A stretch of DNA of 64,000 bases from Eledone cirrhosa (Eukaryota): positions 108,500,001 through 108,564,000 of the forward strand of contig OZ024740.1 of assembly GCA_964016885.1 (NCBI GenBank), written 5' to 3'. Made by a program: the position numbers and the translations under genes. The notes beneath the pieces were generated by a model. That model was not told the origin of the DNA. It did not search any database and saw only the letters and a program-made list of their open reading frames with translations. How positions within the stretch are numbered: the stretch's first letter is position 1; the number at the start of each line of letters is the position of its first letter. Below are positions 1 through 14,092 of the stretch, one piece after another.

Positions 1-1362
1 CAGATACATCCAGTTTTAAATGCTAATGGTTTAATAATCAAAATTTATTTTATTAAATCACTCAAAATTTTTGATTATTTTCAAAATAATTTGAAAATCA
101 CAATGGTAAGAAACACGTGAAGCTACTAACACTTGTAAATTATGTGTAGTGACCCACATCTTTATGGTATCTATTGCTTCTCTATAGACGGTTGGAAGCT
201 GTTGGTGTATATCTCAAGAATTCAAATTCCTTTGTTCAATAGATCTAATCTAATACAATAACAACAGCAACAACATCAACATTAATAATTGCCAGGAAAT
301 CATTTTTCCTGCTAAAACAAGGGTTCCAATGACAGACTTCATACTTATGAAGGGGTCCTTTTTGAGTGGAATACCCTTCCTGGCAGCAACACTTTCAGTT
401 GCTTTAAACAACACACAGGGATACAGTCAACCTATTCTAACAGGATACACACACAACTATCTTCTACCCTAATAATCAATAAAAAAAATTATTAAATTTA
501 TTCTTTCTTTCCCTTTCTCTCATACATACACTATTCCATCGATTGGTTACAAAAAAGAAGAGATTAAATAGTTCAAATACTGGTTGATGGAAAATTTGGG
601 TCAACTTAAAAATGTATAGCTATGAAAGAATTCTCAATTCAACTTGACCCAGATTGTTCAGCCATATAATATAATTGAAAAAGTTGTTATTTTATAACAT
701 GTGTGCACACTGCCATGTCATAATTTTAAAAAACTGCAAATTCTTTTCTGGGCACCTTATTTGCATTAACCATTTTGTGATCATATTTCTGGACCTCAAA
801 TTACTGAAATTCACGAAGGAGATGATGAAGGAACATGATGAGTGGAGAGATACTGTGCTACGAATGACCCGTCCAACCCATGCAAGTGTGGGAAATGGAC
901 ATAAAAACAATGATCATGATTTCTAATGAAAAACACTGACTATAATTTTCAAATCATTTCAAAAATGATCAAGAATTTGGAAGGATTTACTATAACTAAC
1001 TTTCTTATTAAAACTGGTATTTGGTGCATAACAAGTGTTCTTACATTTCAGATAAATATAAACACTTTAAAATAAAAAGTTTTGTATCATAGAACCAATT
1101 TTGGTACCAAAATGTTTCTTTGAAGCTAATACTTTAACTCTTAATGTTTTGAACTACATGAAATGCTATTAGCAAGACATTATTGAAAAGTACAAAACAA
1201 CATTATGACTGCATCACATAAAAAATTAAAGTTTTTATTTTAATATTGCAAATTTTCAAAATGATCTGTTCACTAGAAAAGATACTATAATCATTTGAAT
1301 TAACCTACCTGTTTTTAGACATATTCTTATAAATCATTACAGGATGTTAGGAGTTAATTTAA

Positions 1363-1539
1363 CCCTTTAGCATTTACATTACTCTATATTTACTATTGTA
1401 TTTTCATGGTAAAGGCTTTATCTCACATAATTATCTTGCATTATATTGAAAATATAAAATTTTGATGTTATTTATTTGGAGAACAATACCTAAACATTGG
1501 TATGAGTGGCAGGATACAGCCAGTTTAAATGCTAAAGGG
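1363..1539. mobile_element. piggyBac-like non-autonomous MITE
   Basis: TTAA-CCCTTTAGCATTT ... AAATGCTAAAGGG-TTAA: terminal inverted repeats with TTAA target duplication; related copies at 12950-13154 and 14909-15129. Confidence 0.75.
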
Positions 1540-2529
1540 TTAAGACTTTGAGTACAAGCATAGTTGTGTCGTAAAGAGGCTTGTTTCATAACTATAGGAC
1601 TGTGGGATCAATCCCATTATGCACAACCTTGTAGAAATGACTTCTACCAGAACCATTTATTCAAGCATGGCAATGTGGTTAGGAAGTCCTTGGTTTTAGG
1701 CTCAATTATAATGTGAAGCACTCAATACCAAACATCTTTTACCATTGGCTTGGGTCAACCAGAGCTAAGCCAACAGTTCAAGCAGGGATCTAGGAAGCCC
1801 ACTTTTTCATCTGTTCTAGTTTGAAATACAATCCTACAACAAAAACATGTAATCCATCCTGTAAGGAGGTTATACTGATAACATGGGAAAAAGGCAGCTA
1901 CAAATGTACCCTATAAGATAGTAGTGCTGGTGACACAACAGAAAAGCACCCAGTAATGGTGGTCATGCTGGTGACATGACAAAAATCACACAGTCCACCC
2001 TGTAAGGTAGTCATGTTAGTGACCAGTTAAGGAAGAATGCATCATTCGTTTTTGTTTTGCACTGTTTTTGCTTTGCATTTGAAAAGAGGGTCACAACCCG
2101 GAAATATCATGTTGAAATATACAGGATAAAAAATATTACTTTGTTTTGTTTTATATTTCAGCATTGTACTGCTTTCTGAAATCCTCACCAATAAATTGAT
2201 AGCAAGTTGTGTTGTGTAAAAGCACCTTTGCTCTCGAACTGTCAAAAAATTACATCACTTGCCTGTGGTGGTGCTGGTGGCAGTGCTGGTGGTGGTTTTG
2301 GTGATGGTGATGGTGATGGTTGTGGTGCTGATGGAGGTTGTGGTGGTGGTGGTGGTGGTGATATGTAAAAATATAATAATACTGCTTACTACATCAGTCA
2401 TTGAGAATAACCTTCCTGTCCTACTTGATTAAGTGAGTCATAAGTCCTCACATTTACTGTACACTTGCTCCTTATACCTTACAGCGTCACTACCTACTTA
2501 GGGCTTTCTGAAATCTGGTTGTTGGGAGT

Positions 2530-2601
<72 letters not shown>

Positions 2602-2969
2602 CACCATAAGCTTGTGCAGAGCCAGTAGAATAAACACTAATATTATATAGATAACATTAATAACACTAATATTATATAGATGATAGCACATGACAACCTC
2701 CTTTGCACTGGTGATATGATAAAATGCACCCAAAACACTCTATGGTGATAGGCAGGACATCAGGATGTAAAAACCATGCCAAAACAAGTAGCCAGACATG
2801 CCCTCTGACCTATCTGGGAGGAAAGTAGCTCCAATTAAGGACTGACTTAATCTGTGATGACAGAAAAACAGACATTAAATGGTGATAACAACATAGATGC
2901 TGACAACAAAAACTTGGCCAAACCAGTAAAACGGTGAGGATTATGATGATAATATATATATATATATAT

Positions 2970-3194
2970 CAAGTATAAGCGAAGGAAAAAAGAGTGTTCT
3001 ATGTATAAAACAGAGCTATTTAATTAGAAAGTGAACAACACAATATATAACTACTCCATTACCAAAGGTTTCAGGATCCTAGACAGTATTAACATATGTT
3101 TAGTTCCGAACTAGACGTATGTTAATACTGTCTAGGGCCCTGAAACCTTTGGTAATGGAGTAGTTATATATTGTGTTGTTCACTTTCTAATTAA
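2970..3194 (-). mobile_element. PLE-derived fold-back unit in (TA)n with 3' half of a hammerhead
   Basis: 87-bp arms 3020-3194 centred on 3107 (4 transitions between arms); GAAA-CC-TTT-GG-TA hammerhead helix III in each arm; bulged tail hairpin at 2996-3016 on minus. Confidence 0.7.
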
Positions 3195-3205
3195 TATATA
3201 TATAT

Positions 3206-3310
3206 AGGAAAAAGTAAAACTTTTTCCTATTACCCACTCTACTACCCTAAGTATTGAGTACTCTGGTGCGTTATGGTCCATCTGGTTCCTTACCACACTT
3301 CCTTCGTTAT
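3206..3310 (+). mobile_element. short PLE 3'-tail fragment between (TA)n tracts
   Basis: Near-identical to 37300-37385; carries ACTC-TAC-loop-GTA-TT-GAGT bulged hairpin. Confidence 0.6.
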
Positions 3311-3547
3311 ATACATATATATATGATATTGGGTATAAATTGAAGTTGTAGCTGCCATATACAGATACTATTCAAGTTGAGGCAATTACAAAGCACTCAA
3401 TGGAGTTAAATTCTTAATGGATCAAGAAGTTAGTACATTATCATCCAGAACAAAAACACAAAAGTTAAAAAGTGTGACACCAAGAAAAACGACTGAAAGC
3501 AGTGCCATACATATACCACAACAATGATAGCTATATAATAGAAAGGT

Positions 3548-3780
3548 TATCATCATCATCATCATTTCATTTTACGTCCGCTTTTTCCCTGCTTGCAAGG
3601 GTGGGACGGGAACTGATTCTGGTTTTTACCGTGTTACCTACACGGCCACATTACAGCGTGGACTGTGTGTTTTTTGTCGTGACACCTACACGGACTGGAT
3701 GTTGTGGTACCAACATAACTTTACATCGAAAGGGGTGGTGTGGATGGGGTGGGGGTAGTGGGATGGGTGTTTATTATTTT
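3548..3780 (-). mobile_element. RTE LINE 3'-end fragment
   Basis: (CAT)n tail plus sequence matching the 3' UTR of the RTE at 20070-20420; similar pieces at 5315-5570, 5975-6110, 17780-18040, 36436-36535. Confidence 0.7.
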
Positions 3781-3787
3781 TTTTGTC

Positions 3788-4113
3788 TATAACAATGTGA
3801 AGTGCAAGCCATATTGGAAGAAGTGCAGTGAACCACCACAAACACCCTCCGGAGCAAGACTTCACCCAAAGAAGGTTTTGCTCTCAATTTGGTGGGATGG
3901 AGGGTGAGGGTTCTTTTATGAGCTTCTTCTCACAGGCAGGACCATCAATTTGGATGTGCACTGTGACCAGCTGGACAAATTAAATGTAGTGATCCACTAG
4001 ACGTGTCCAACACTTGCTAATCATAAGAGCATTGTCTTTCGTCACGACAATACCAGACTGCACACTTCTTTACAGATGCAGCAGAAGTTATTGCAGCTTG
4101 GCTGGGAAGTTCT
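3788..4113 (+). pseudogene. mariner transposase catalytic-domain fragment
   Basis: Translates YNNVKCKPYW..LHPKKVLLSIWWD..YELL..TIN..CDQLDKL..VFRHDNTRLHTS..KLLQLGWEVL with in-frame stops. Confidence 0.9.
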
Positions 4114-4189
4114 ATATATACAAAATACTGGCTGTTTTTCAATTGATATATCCTGTTATATATAATTTAAACGGATATCTTTATTATAT

Positions 4190-5140
4190 ACTAGCAGCAG
4201 GACCCAGCGTTGCACGGGGTAGGAAACGTGAAATAGCAACACGCATATGCAAAGATTGAGGAATGTAGCTGTGTACTTTTTGAATTCCCTTATTCTCAGG
4301 GAATGATTATTCATCTACTGGAAACGTAGAACACCAGCAGGCCGAATCCAGTAATAGCAGTGTCAGTGGGCTGATTGCAGAAATCCTGTATGAGAAAGGA
4401 GTAAGTGTTGTGGGGTGATGTATGTCGAAAGTCTGTTCAGGAATTACATTACAGATGGGGAACACACGTCAGTCTGAAGGAGCAACGTAGTCAATTGTGT
4501 GAAAACCAAGTAGGGCGGCACTGGTTACACTGCATTCACACAGCAACAAAAGAGGTCACCGTAGAATTAGCACAACCACTGTTTGGTGTACTTGTGCAGG
4601 GTATTCATACTGCGGTGTAGGTGCAACAAAAGGTGTCTTAGTAGAAGTAACACAGACGTAAGTTTTACGATGTCAATAACACGACAACGTACACGGATTT
4701 GCGCGTGATGAAAGCACGAAGCGTCAACAGGGCGCTGACAAAAATTTTAAGGTCCTCATCATTTCTTCAATCCCCCGAAAATGATCCTGCTTAAAAGTAA
4801 GTGTTGTGTCCTCTGTTAAATAAACCAAATTTTTAACGAAATATTGTATGCTACTTATGATGGTTAAGTAATATTTATATTGAAAATGAAAATGGCATGT
4901 AATGCCCAATGCTAATTCGTAAATTTCCTAGAAACCATTAATGGAATCGGAAATTTCGAGGAAATCGGCCTCAAAAGAGCCTAAAAATGCTTTAAAAATG
5001 CGGTTTTTCGCCTAATGCAGAAAAAGTTAAATTTTTTTTAGCCCATTGCACTTCAAGAAGTATAAGTAACACATGTGTAAAATCGAGTTTAAGGGATTTA
5101 CACAGACAGACAGGCATCCTCTATTTTATATATATATATA
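4190..5140 (-). mobile_element. non-autonomous Helitron-like element
   Basis: Minus strand ends ...CCCGTGCAACGCTGGG..CTGCTAGT (GC-rich hairpin plus CTAG); 5' end in (TA)n followed by TCTG microsatellite. Confidence 0.55.
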
Positions 5141-5147
5141 TAGAGAG

Positions 5148-5215
5148 ATAGAAATGACATTCCTGATGATTTCATATGAATGAAACAGTTCTAGTCCTGT
5201 AGAAGTCATTTCTAT
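5148..5215 (+). ncRNA. type I hammerhead ribozyme
   Basis: stem I ATAGAAATGAC(A)TTC/GAAGTCATTTCTAT; CTGATGA 5163-5169; stem II TTC-ATAT-GAA; GAAA 5182-5185; stem III CAG/CTG; GTA cleavage triplet. Confidence 0.9.
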
Positions 5216-5593
5216 ATGTAATAAAGATGCCTATACTTTACCAATGTATTGAGTACCTTTTTTAACTGTGATTGTTACCCCCCCACACCACTCAGGAACT
5301 TATATATATATATCATCATCATTTAACATCCATTCTCCCATGCTAGACGGGTTAGACGAGTTGTCTCATTGTGAGACAAGTCAGATCAGATGACCGAGTC
5401 TTGCTCATACAGGACTGTGTCTGTTTCTTTTTGTTGTGCCACCTACATAACCACTTTACAATGTGGACTGAGCACTTTTTGTTATGGCACCAAAATGACC
5501 ACTTTACAGTGTGGACTGGGCACTTTTTATCGTGTCATTAACACAATCACTTTACAGATTGGATTGGGTGTTTATATATAGTATATATGTATT

Positions 5594-5626
<33 letters not shown>

Positions 5627-5632
5627 TATAAG

Positions 5633-5680
5633 CACAAATTAAAGTTTAAGCAAAGAATCCCTGCTTTCACCCTTAACGAG
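5633..5680 (-). mobile_element. 5'-truncated copy of the hammerhead-bearing PLE end seen at 59493-59556
   Basis: Reverse complement CGTTAAGGGTGAAAGCAGGGATTCTTTGCTTAAACTTTAAT matches 59508-59548. Confidence 0.7.
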
Positions 5681-6180
5681 TGAAAACTAGTTTCAGTGAT
5701 TCTTTGATCGGTACTTATAATAAATATTTGCTCTATGGGTTTTTATATATATATATTTTACATATATATATTATCCTTATTGAACCCTCTTCGGATTGTA
5801 GTCTTCACATTTATTATTACTGTGTATTTTGTGCCTAAAATAGAAACAATTATTACTGGGTATATGTGTGTGTGTATATCTATGTGTGCACCTGTCTGTG
5901 TGTGTGTGTATATGTATATATATATGTGTGTGTATATGTATATATTGTGTATATATGAATATATATATGTATATCATCCTCATCATCGTTTAACGTCTAT
6001 CTTCCACGCTAGCATGGGTTTAGACGGGAATTGTCCCACTAGAGGCAAGATTGGTTGTCTTGCTCGTATAGGACTGTCTGGCAGGTTTTCTACGGCTGGA
6101 TGTCCTTCCTCAGGAAATATATATATATGTGTGTGTGTGTATATATGTATATATATATATGTATGTGTGTGTATATATAT

Positions 6181-7445
6181 ATCATCACCGTTTTACGTCC
6201 GTTCTTCCACGCTAGCATGGGTTAGACGGGTTGTCCTGTTGTGGGCAGTGTCTGGTCGGCTGACCATGCCTTGCTCATACAGGAACTGATCTGGCTTGAT
6301 TTCTAACACCAACCTCATTTACAGTGAGTGCTGGGTGCTTTTTCGTGGCGCCTACACGTCCACTTTACAGTGTGGGCTGGGTGCTTTTTTTGCCATGGCA
6401 CCTCCACGACCACCTTGCGGTGGGGGGTGTGGGGGCATATTGTCTATATGCTTCAGCTTGTACCCATGGGAGGTCGGGTACTCTGTATTACTGCGTGACG
6501 CCAGAAATCACGGTCGTGTGTCATTGCCTTTGAGAGGTGTAATTGGGTAAGGTCGGCTTTTATCACCTTATCCCAGGTCATCTTGGGTCTCCCCACTCCG
6601 CGGTTTCCATCAACTTCTAGTGCTCTGCACCTTTTTATGCAGCTGTCATCCTTCATACGCATCACGTGTCCATACCAGCGCAACAGCCTCTCCTGCACAC
6701 AGCATTTGATTCCTCTTATGCTCAGTCTCTCTCTCAATTCATTTATGCTTTGTCGTTCACGTATATTACTGTTCCACATCCATCGGAGCATGCAGGCTTC
6801 ATTTCTCTCTAATCTACGTAAGTCTTCCACCTTCAGCGCCAAGGTCTCACTACCATGCAACATTGCTGTTCGGATACACGCATCATACAGTCTGCCTTTC
6901 ATTCTGAGGGAGAAGCCTTTTGCAGCTAGCAGTGGTAGTAGTTCCCTAAACTTCTTCCATCTCGTTCTTACCCTAGTTATTGTACTTTCTGAACACCCAC
7001 CTCCGTTGCTAATTCGGTCACCTAGGTAGCAGAAGCTGTCTACTGTTTCTACAGAGCCCTCCCAGAGATTGGTGGTACTTGTTTCCTGTGGCTGTTTGCT
7101 GCTTGCTGTCTCAGCACAGCTGCTGCATGTGAAGCCTACATTCTTAATTAAGCTTCCTGAGATCCCGCTACATCTCTTGTGTACCCATTGTTTGCATTTG
7201 GGGAAGAGAATGGAGTTCCTACCTACACCTTTCCTACATACTGAGCAAGGCCATTTCCCTGAGGGGATCTGGGTTCTGTTTTCTCGTCTACTTACAAGGA
7301 CCTTAGTCTTTGTCATGTTGACTTTGAGACCCTTTCTTTCTAGTCCCTGCTTCCAAGTTTGGAATTTATTCTCTAGTTCTACCATAGATTCAGCTATGAG
7401 TGCGAGGTCATCAGCATACAGGAGTTCCCATGGGCATCCGGTCTT
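6181..7445 (-). mobile_element. 5'-truncated RTE-clade LINE (RT C-terminal half plus 3' UTR)
   Basis: ELLYADDL, GLKVNMTKTK, SFCYLG, MLHGSET, LRWYGHVMRM, GRPK-TW motifs; the N-terminal part of track ORF 6453-7595 is microsatellite read-through. Confidence 0.95.
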
Positions 7446-7521
7446 GTGTGTATATATGTATATACACACATATATATACATATATATGTGTGTATATATG
7501 TATGTATATATATCTATATAT

Positions 7522-8706
7522 ATCTCTATTATAAAGCTGATGGCCGTATGTATGTAACAAACTTTTCGCCAAATGGCTGGACAAAACAGCACCAAATTTA
7601 TACCATAGATGTAACTTTTTCCAAGTAAGAAAGTGAAGGTATTTTTGTCTACTAAATTTAGTTAAAGGATTAAAGATATTTTATTGTTTATTTAAATATT
7701 CACTGCTTTAAAATTTTCAGATGTCAACACTTCCAGTTAGCAATCTCTCTCTTTCTTAGTCTGTCTTTTTAGATATATACATAGCTATAACGTTACGCCC
7801 TTATAATATCTGTCTGTATGTCTGGCTGTTTGCATTACGAAAACCATTCAGTACATTGGCTTCGCTACCTGCGTGTGTGTATATATATGTATATATAGTG
7901 TGTGTATATATAGTGTGTGTGTGTGTATATAGTGTGTATATATATATAGTGTTAATATCATAAATAAGAGACAGTTTAATTTGTACATTTTATTACAGCA
8001 TTCCTTTATACATATATATACATACATGTTATTTACAGTTGTATAAAAAAGAAGTATAATTGTTTCTACTTTTGGCACAAGGCTAGCAATTATCCCAGTA
8101 TATTACTGGTACTTTATTATATATAATATATATAATACAACATTCCTCTCTCTTTCTTACTCTGTCTTTTTAGATAGATTCATAGCTATAACGTCGCGCC
8201 CTTATAATATCTCTGTCTGGCTGCCTGTCTGCATTGACTTTGCTTCTAACCAACTTTTAATTAATTATATATAAGTTCCGTCTAACCCATGCTAGCATGG
8301 AAGAACGGACGTAAAACGGTGATGATGATGATGATGAATTATATATTCGTATACATATTTTCAACAGTAATACTGTACTATATATTTTCAACAGTAATAC
8401 TATACTATACTATATATTTTCAACAGTAATACTATAATATATGTATTCAACAGTAATACTATACTATATATTTTCAACAGTAACACTATAATATATATTT
8501 TCAGCAGTAATACTATACTATATATTTTCAACAGTAATACTATACTATATATTTTCAACAGTAATACTGTACTATATATTTTCACCAGTAATACTGTACT
8601 ATATATTTTCAACAGTAATACTATACTATATATTTTCAACAGTAATACTATACTACACAGACGGCTTATCGTCTGTTTATCCAAGCGAAGTTAGGTACGT
8701 CAGCTA
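7522..8706 (+). mobile_element. non-autonomous Helitron-like element with internal minisatellite
   Basis: 5' TCTCTATTATAAAG start; 3' CCAAGCGAAGTTAGG..CAGCTA end resembles a degenerate hairpin+CTAG; internal duplication 7740-7840/8140-8235. Confidence 0.45.
8352..8655. repeat. 27-bp minisatellite (~11 copies)
   Basis: unit TATATTTTCAACAGTAATACTATACTA. Confidence 0.95.
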
Positions 8707-11700
8707 TATATATATATATATATATATATGGATGCTGTAGAACACGTCAATGGTAGCCGGGCACCAGCCAGACGGGCCAACTAGTACATATATAAATATA
8801 ACAAAATAAGATGCTGAGGTTACATAGATTGTTTAATCATTATAATTATTTCCACGGTTCTCCATGCAATCGAGAAGTCCTTCATGCATTTGTTGTTGTT
8901 ATGAGAACGGTATCCTCAGATGATATCCGATATGTTTGGCAGGAAAAAACACACATCCTATTGCTTGTGTGCTCAGCAGACCAGCTAGATTTTTGAAATT
9001 TCCATCAGTGACCTCAAATAATTGACTCATCGATTAAGGGAAAATTTGTTGCATCATATCCTCTGCCCCCCCCCCCCCCCCTGCATCCTTCGTTAATATT
9101 GATTGTTGCTATGGTTCAAAATAAATAAACATTATAACATGGAAGATCAATAAAATTAATCAATCAATAATTATTGATCTAATGAAGCAATCACCATATC
9201 CTCAATGTAAACTTGATCCAATTCAACAACATAACTTTTAATAATTACTGGCCATGATCACTTCTAATATCTTTAAGAAAAGCATCAACATCACAGTCAC
9301 ACTTTCTCCTTTCCACTATTAATCCCTTTTAATAGCAAACCACCTGAAACCACCTCTGGTGTTCAATACACACCTGTTTATTTTAAATTGTTTATATTTA
9401 TCTGAAAATCTTTGATCATAATTTTATGTGAGAAACTTAATATTCTAAACAGTAGCTTAACCTTTAACATCCTGTAATGATTTAGTAGAAACTATTTCAA
9501 AATGGGCTTAATTCAAATGTTTATAGAATCTTTACTATTGGACAGTTGGATTGTTGTGAAAATATGTAGTAAATGCAATGCAGTCATAGTACTCTTTTGT
9601 ACTTTTCAAGAATGTCTTCCCAATGTGGTATCATATGGTATGGGATGTTAAGAGTTGATAATGAGAAAGTTATATTATTAAATCCTTCCAAATGGAAGTA
9701 GCATTGCAAAAGACTATAAAAAAGAGGGAAGGAGCAAGAAATATTAAGCAGTCAAAGAAAGGGGGAAAGGGTGACAGGCAGCATCTTATATTAAGAAAAG
9801 GGTTAACCTAACGTCTTGTGTCTATGTTGTTGTTGTTTAACTCCAGGTCAATCTTTATCCAGCAGATCCATCCATGTTCAAAAGTATTTCATCTGTAAAC
9901 ATCCTGTCTTTTTTTTCCTGGGTCTCTAAGACTGCATTATCTAATGTGTCTTTCTTTCTTTTAAGACGGTAAGGTGTGATTTGAGGAAGATTTGAATGAC
10001 ATTTCTAACAGGTTAAGCAACCAGGTAGAGATTTCCCCATTGGCTTGTGTATATAAAATAGGATGGTAGAAACAACTGATTTTTGGACAATATATCTCAC
10101 AGTATTTGATTAAGTCCCTTGGCATTCTGGATTTAAATCACACTCATGGATGACATTGCCTTTCATCATTCTAAAGTCAATAAAATAAGTACCAATTATG
10201 TACTGGGGAATGTAATCGATTATATTCCCCTCCACCGAAATTGTGGATTCATGGCCTATATTAGAAATCTGTTTAGCACCAGGTCAACCTTGATTATGCT
10301 GGCATGGGTTGGACAGGTCTATAAAATCTGAGTTACTTCTTATTCAGAGTTATTATATTCCCAGATAGATAGGAAGGTCACATCTTGCTTGTATGTTCCA
10401 ATTTTGGCATAGTTTCTACACCTGGATGCCCTTTTTAAAACCCACTACCCTACAGAGTGTACTGGGTACATTTTATCATGGCACAGACTCTAAGAGGATG
10501 TTTTGTCAGCTGTATTGCTAAAAAATCTATCATGTCCTACATTGCCTTACCAGTGACTTAACTGGGCACATTTTATTGTGACAATAATTCAAGAAAGGGT
10601 ACTTTCTCCCCTACAAAAATAAAGGGTCCTCTGTGTCATTTGTCATTGTCTCCACTTGTTCATCAACTACTTGACAGAATATACTGGCTGCATTTAAACA
10701 TGGCATCAATTTTAGAAGGGGGTGTTTGTCCTGTACAAAGTTAAAGAACACCATTTATCTGAACACAAATACTCGGGTATTTGTATAGAGACATCAGGGC
10801 AGCAAGAAGCTGCTACTACTACTGCTGCTGGTGGTGGTGTTTCAGCAGCATGTAATATTGGAAAATGTAACCCATACCAGTAGGTTCAATTCATGATAGT
10901 ATGAAAAACTGATGTAAAATAATGATGATAATGAAAAGGCTGAAGAAGAAGAGAGTAAGAGTGTGAAGTGGGGAAACAGAGAGGGTGAAAGGGGAGAGAG
11001 AGGGAGACAGTGATAGCTACATGGTTGTTTGTTGATAGGTTATGAGTTGAAGATATCATTAGCAATTACCATCATCATAATTTTACTTTTTTTTTAATGC
11101 TTATAAGGGTTGGACAGGTCATTACAGACCAAGTCAGTACTTTATCAGAGCAATAAATAAATATATAAATAAACAATTTTTTTAATACCAAAACAGAAAA
11201 TAGAATTTTTATTTCCATAGCCAGCTGAAGTCTTTCATGTGTCTGATTAATCAAAAGCTAAAGTTCTTAGAATCAATGTAGTGTTGTTTTCTAAGAAGAA
11301 GAAAAAAGAGAATTTTTTTAATATTTGCCTTTAACAAACAACATTGTTTTGATTCATTGAAAATATAGTCTTTCTGACAGTTCAATGCTTCTGTGAGATA
11401 ATGGTTAAAAGAAGCCACAAATATTAATATTTTCTAATTTAGGCCCAAGACTAGCAATCTGGAAGAAGGAGAAAGTCAATTATATTTACCCTAGAATGTG
11501 ACTGATACTTTATTTTATCAACTTGAGAAGGATGAAAGGCAAAGTTGACTTTTGAAACCAGAAATATAAAGGGCCATAACTAAATGCTGCAAAGCATTTT
11601 GTCCAATGCTCTACCAATTCTGTTAATCTATCACCCAACAAATATTGTTAATAGTTCTTTTTAACATTGGCATAAGACCAATAATTTTTGGGAAGGGGAC

Positions 11701-12019
11701 AGTTGATTATATCAACCCTAGTATGTAATTGGTACTTTGTTTAATCAACCTTAGAAGGATGAAAGGTAAAGTTGATTTTGGCAAAGTTTTAAATTAGAAC
11801 ATAAAAGGCCATAACTAAATGCTGCAAAGCATTTTGTCTGACACTCTCCTGGTATTGCCAATTCCCTGCCCTACAGATATTGTAAATAATAACAATTTGT
11901 TTAGGTAAAAAAAAAGATAAAATAATTATCTCAATAACTAAGAGAAAACACACAAAAAGGAAACAGTTTAGGTGTGTTATGAAAAAAAGAAAGGAAAAGA
12001 ACAAGAACCAATCATCAAA

Positions 12020-12732
12020 TCAGACCAAGGAAGCAACGTTCCCTTTGGTCTTTCCATTGCTGATACTTTCTGTCATTAGATCAGACCAAGGAAACAATAT
12101 TTCCATTGCTGATAATATCTGTAATTAGATCAGACCAAAGAAACAATGTTTCCATTGGTCTTTCCATTACTGATAATATCTGTAATTAGATCAGACCAAA
12201 GAAACAATGTTTCCATTGGTCTTTCCATTGCTGATAATATCTGTAATTAGATCAGACCAAAGAAACAATGTTTCCATTGGTCTTTCCATTACTGATAATA
12301 TCTGTAATTAGATCAGACCAAAGAAACAATGTTTCCATTGGTCTTTCCATTGCTGATAATATCTGTAATTAGATTAGACCAAAGAAACAATGTTTCCATT
12401 GGTCTTTCCATTACTGATACTATCTGTCATTAGATCAGACCAAAGAAACAATGTTTCCATTGGTCTTTCCATTACTGATACTATCTGTCATTAGATCAGA
12501 CCAAAGAAACAATGTTTCCATTGGTCTTTCCATTACTGATACTATCTGTCATTAGATTAGACCAAGGAAACAATGTTTCCATTGGACTTTCCATTGCTGA
12601 TAATATCTGTAATTAGATCAGACCAAAGAAACAATGTTTCCATTGGTCTTTCCATTGCTGATACTATCTGTCATTAGATTAGACCAAGGAAACAATGTTT
12701 CCATTGGTCTTTCCATTGCTGATAATATCTGT
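12020..12732. repeat. 59-bp minisatellite (~12 copies), each unit containing a hairpin
   Basis: unit GATCAGACCAAAGAAACAATGTTTCCATTGGTCTTTCCATTRCTGATAATATCTGTAATTA; a single related unit at about 18111-18165. Confidence 0.95.
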
Positions 12733-12949
12733 CGTTTTTTTAGATCATTGCTGATACTATCTGCTGGTCACAATTCTTGCTAGGATTTTAACTCAGAATG
12801 TACAGAATAGGATCAGATATTGCAAATCATCTTGTCTGACACTTTTAACAATTCTGCTAGCCCCTCACCTCCAATGTGGTACTTTATTTATCAACCCCAA
12901 AAGGATGAAAGACAAAGTTGAAAATTATCAAGAATTTGGAGAGATTTAA

Positions 12950-13154
12950 CCCTTTAGCATTTAAACCAGCTGTATCCGACCAGAATTCTCTCACCTCTTT
13001 CTGTTCAAACCAGCCATAACTGGCCACTAATATTGATGTTAAGGTATTGTTCTCAAAATAAATATCAAAATCTCATAGATTCGATAGTATGTGAGATAAA
13101 GCCTTTACCACAAAAATATAATAGTATGTAGAGAGTAATGTAAATGCTAAAGGG
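12950..13154. mobile_element. piggyBac-like MITE
   Basis: TTAA/CCCTTTAGCATTT...AAATGCTAAAGGG/TTAA. Confidence 0.75.
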
Positions 13155-14092
13155 TTAATAAACATAACTATATTTCTTATTAAGCTAGTGTTTGGAATAT
13201 AACATAACACCAGGTTCTTCAGTAAAATTATGATGAAAGATTTATCTTTCATCATATCTAAATATGAACACATCAACCCTTTTGATATCAAATTTTCTGA
13301 AACCTCCCCAAATTCTAAATTTCAAAGCTGTTTATTTTCAAGTATTTATATACTCCTAAAACTCTGTGATTATGTGCTTGTCTGTAATTTAATACAGCCA
13401 AAACGGTGCATAATGGGAAAATACTTTCAACGGAAGTTGCCCTTGAAATGGGAATACAAATGGAATAAAACAAGCTTTGTGTAAATCGGAGCACGGGTTC
13501 TCGAAATAACGGGGTTTTTCCGGGTATCTACATAAATAGAGAGAGAGAGAGAAAGAGATAGTGGTTCTGAGAGAGTAGATTGACAGAGAGACATAGAGAG
13601 AGAGAATGAAAATGGAAGAGAGGGTGGTTCTGAGAGTAGATTGCAAGAGAGACATAGAGAGAGGGAAGGAGACAGAGAAGGAAAATGGAAGAGAGAGAGA
13701 GAGCTGGTGGTCTTGTTGAATGAAATATACACATCATACACACACACACACACACATATATATGTATACACTACACACACATATATATATGGGCCTTCTA
13801 ATTTCATTTTACATATATACATGTCTGTATATATTTTAATGATTTAAAAATTATTTTTAAGTAAACATAATTTTTTTTTAAAAATAATTTTAAGTGAACA
13901 TGACCCAATGGATCATGGGAGGTCTAGTATTTATATAAAACATTCCATCATAATTCTATGTGAGAACCTCTGTTAAGCTATGTTCCAAACACCAGCTTAA
14001 TAAAGGGAAAGTTAGTTATATTATTAAATCCCTCTAAATTCTTGATTATTTTCCAAATTATTTGAAAATCATATGTAGTGTCTTTCATTAAA

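Noticed and set aside
130-245. Possible mariner N-terminal HTH remnant or host exon
   Set aside because: Too short and degenerate to support a call.
8400-8684. LLLKIYSIV repeat protein
   Set aside because: It is the 27-bp minisatellite read in an open frame.
12020-12732. 59-bp array as a CRISPR array or tandem hammerhead satellite
   Set aside because: There are no unique spacers, and CTGATAA is not followed by stem II plus an adjacent GAAA, so the hammerhead topology fails.
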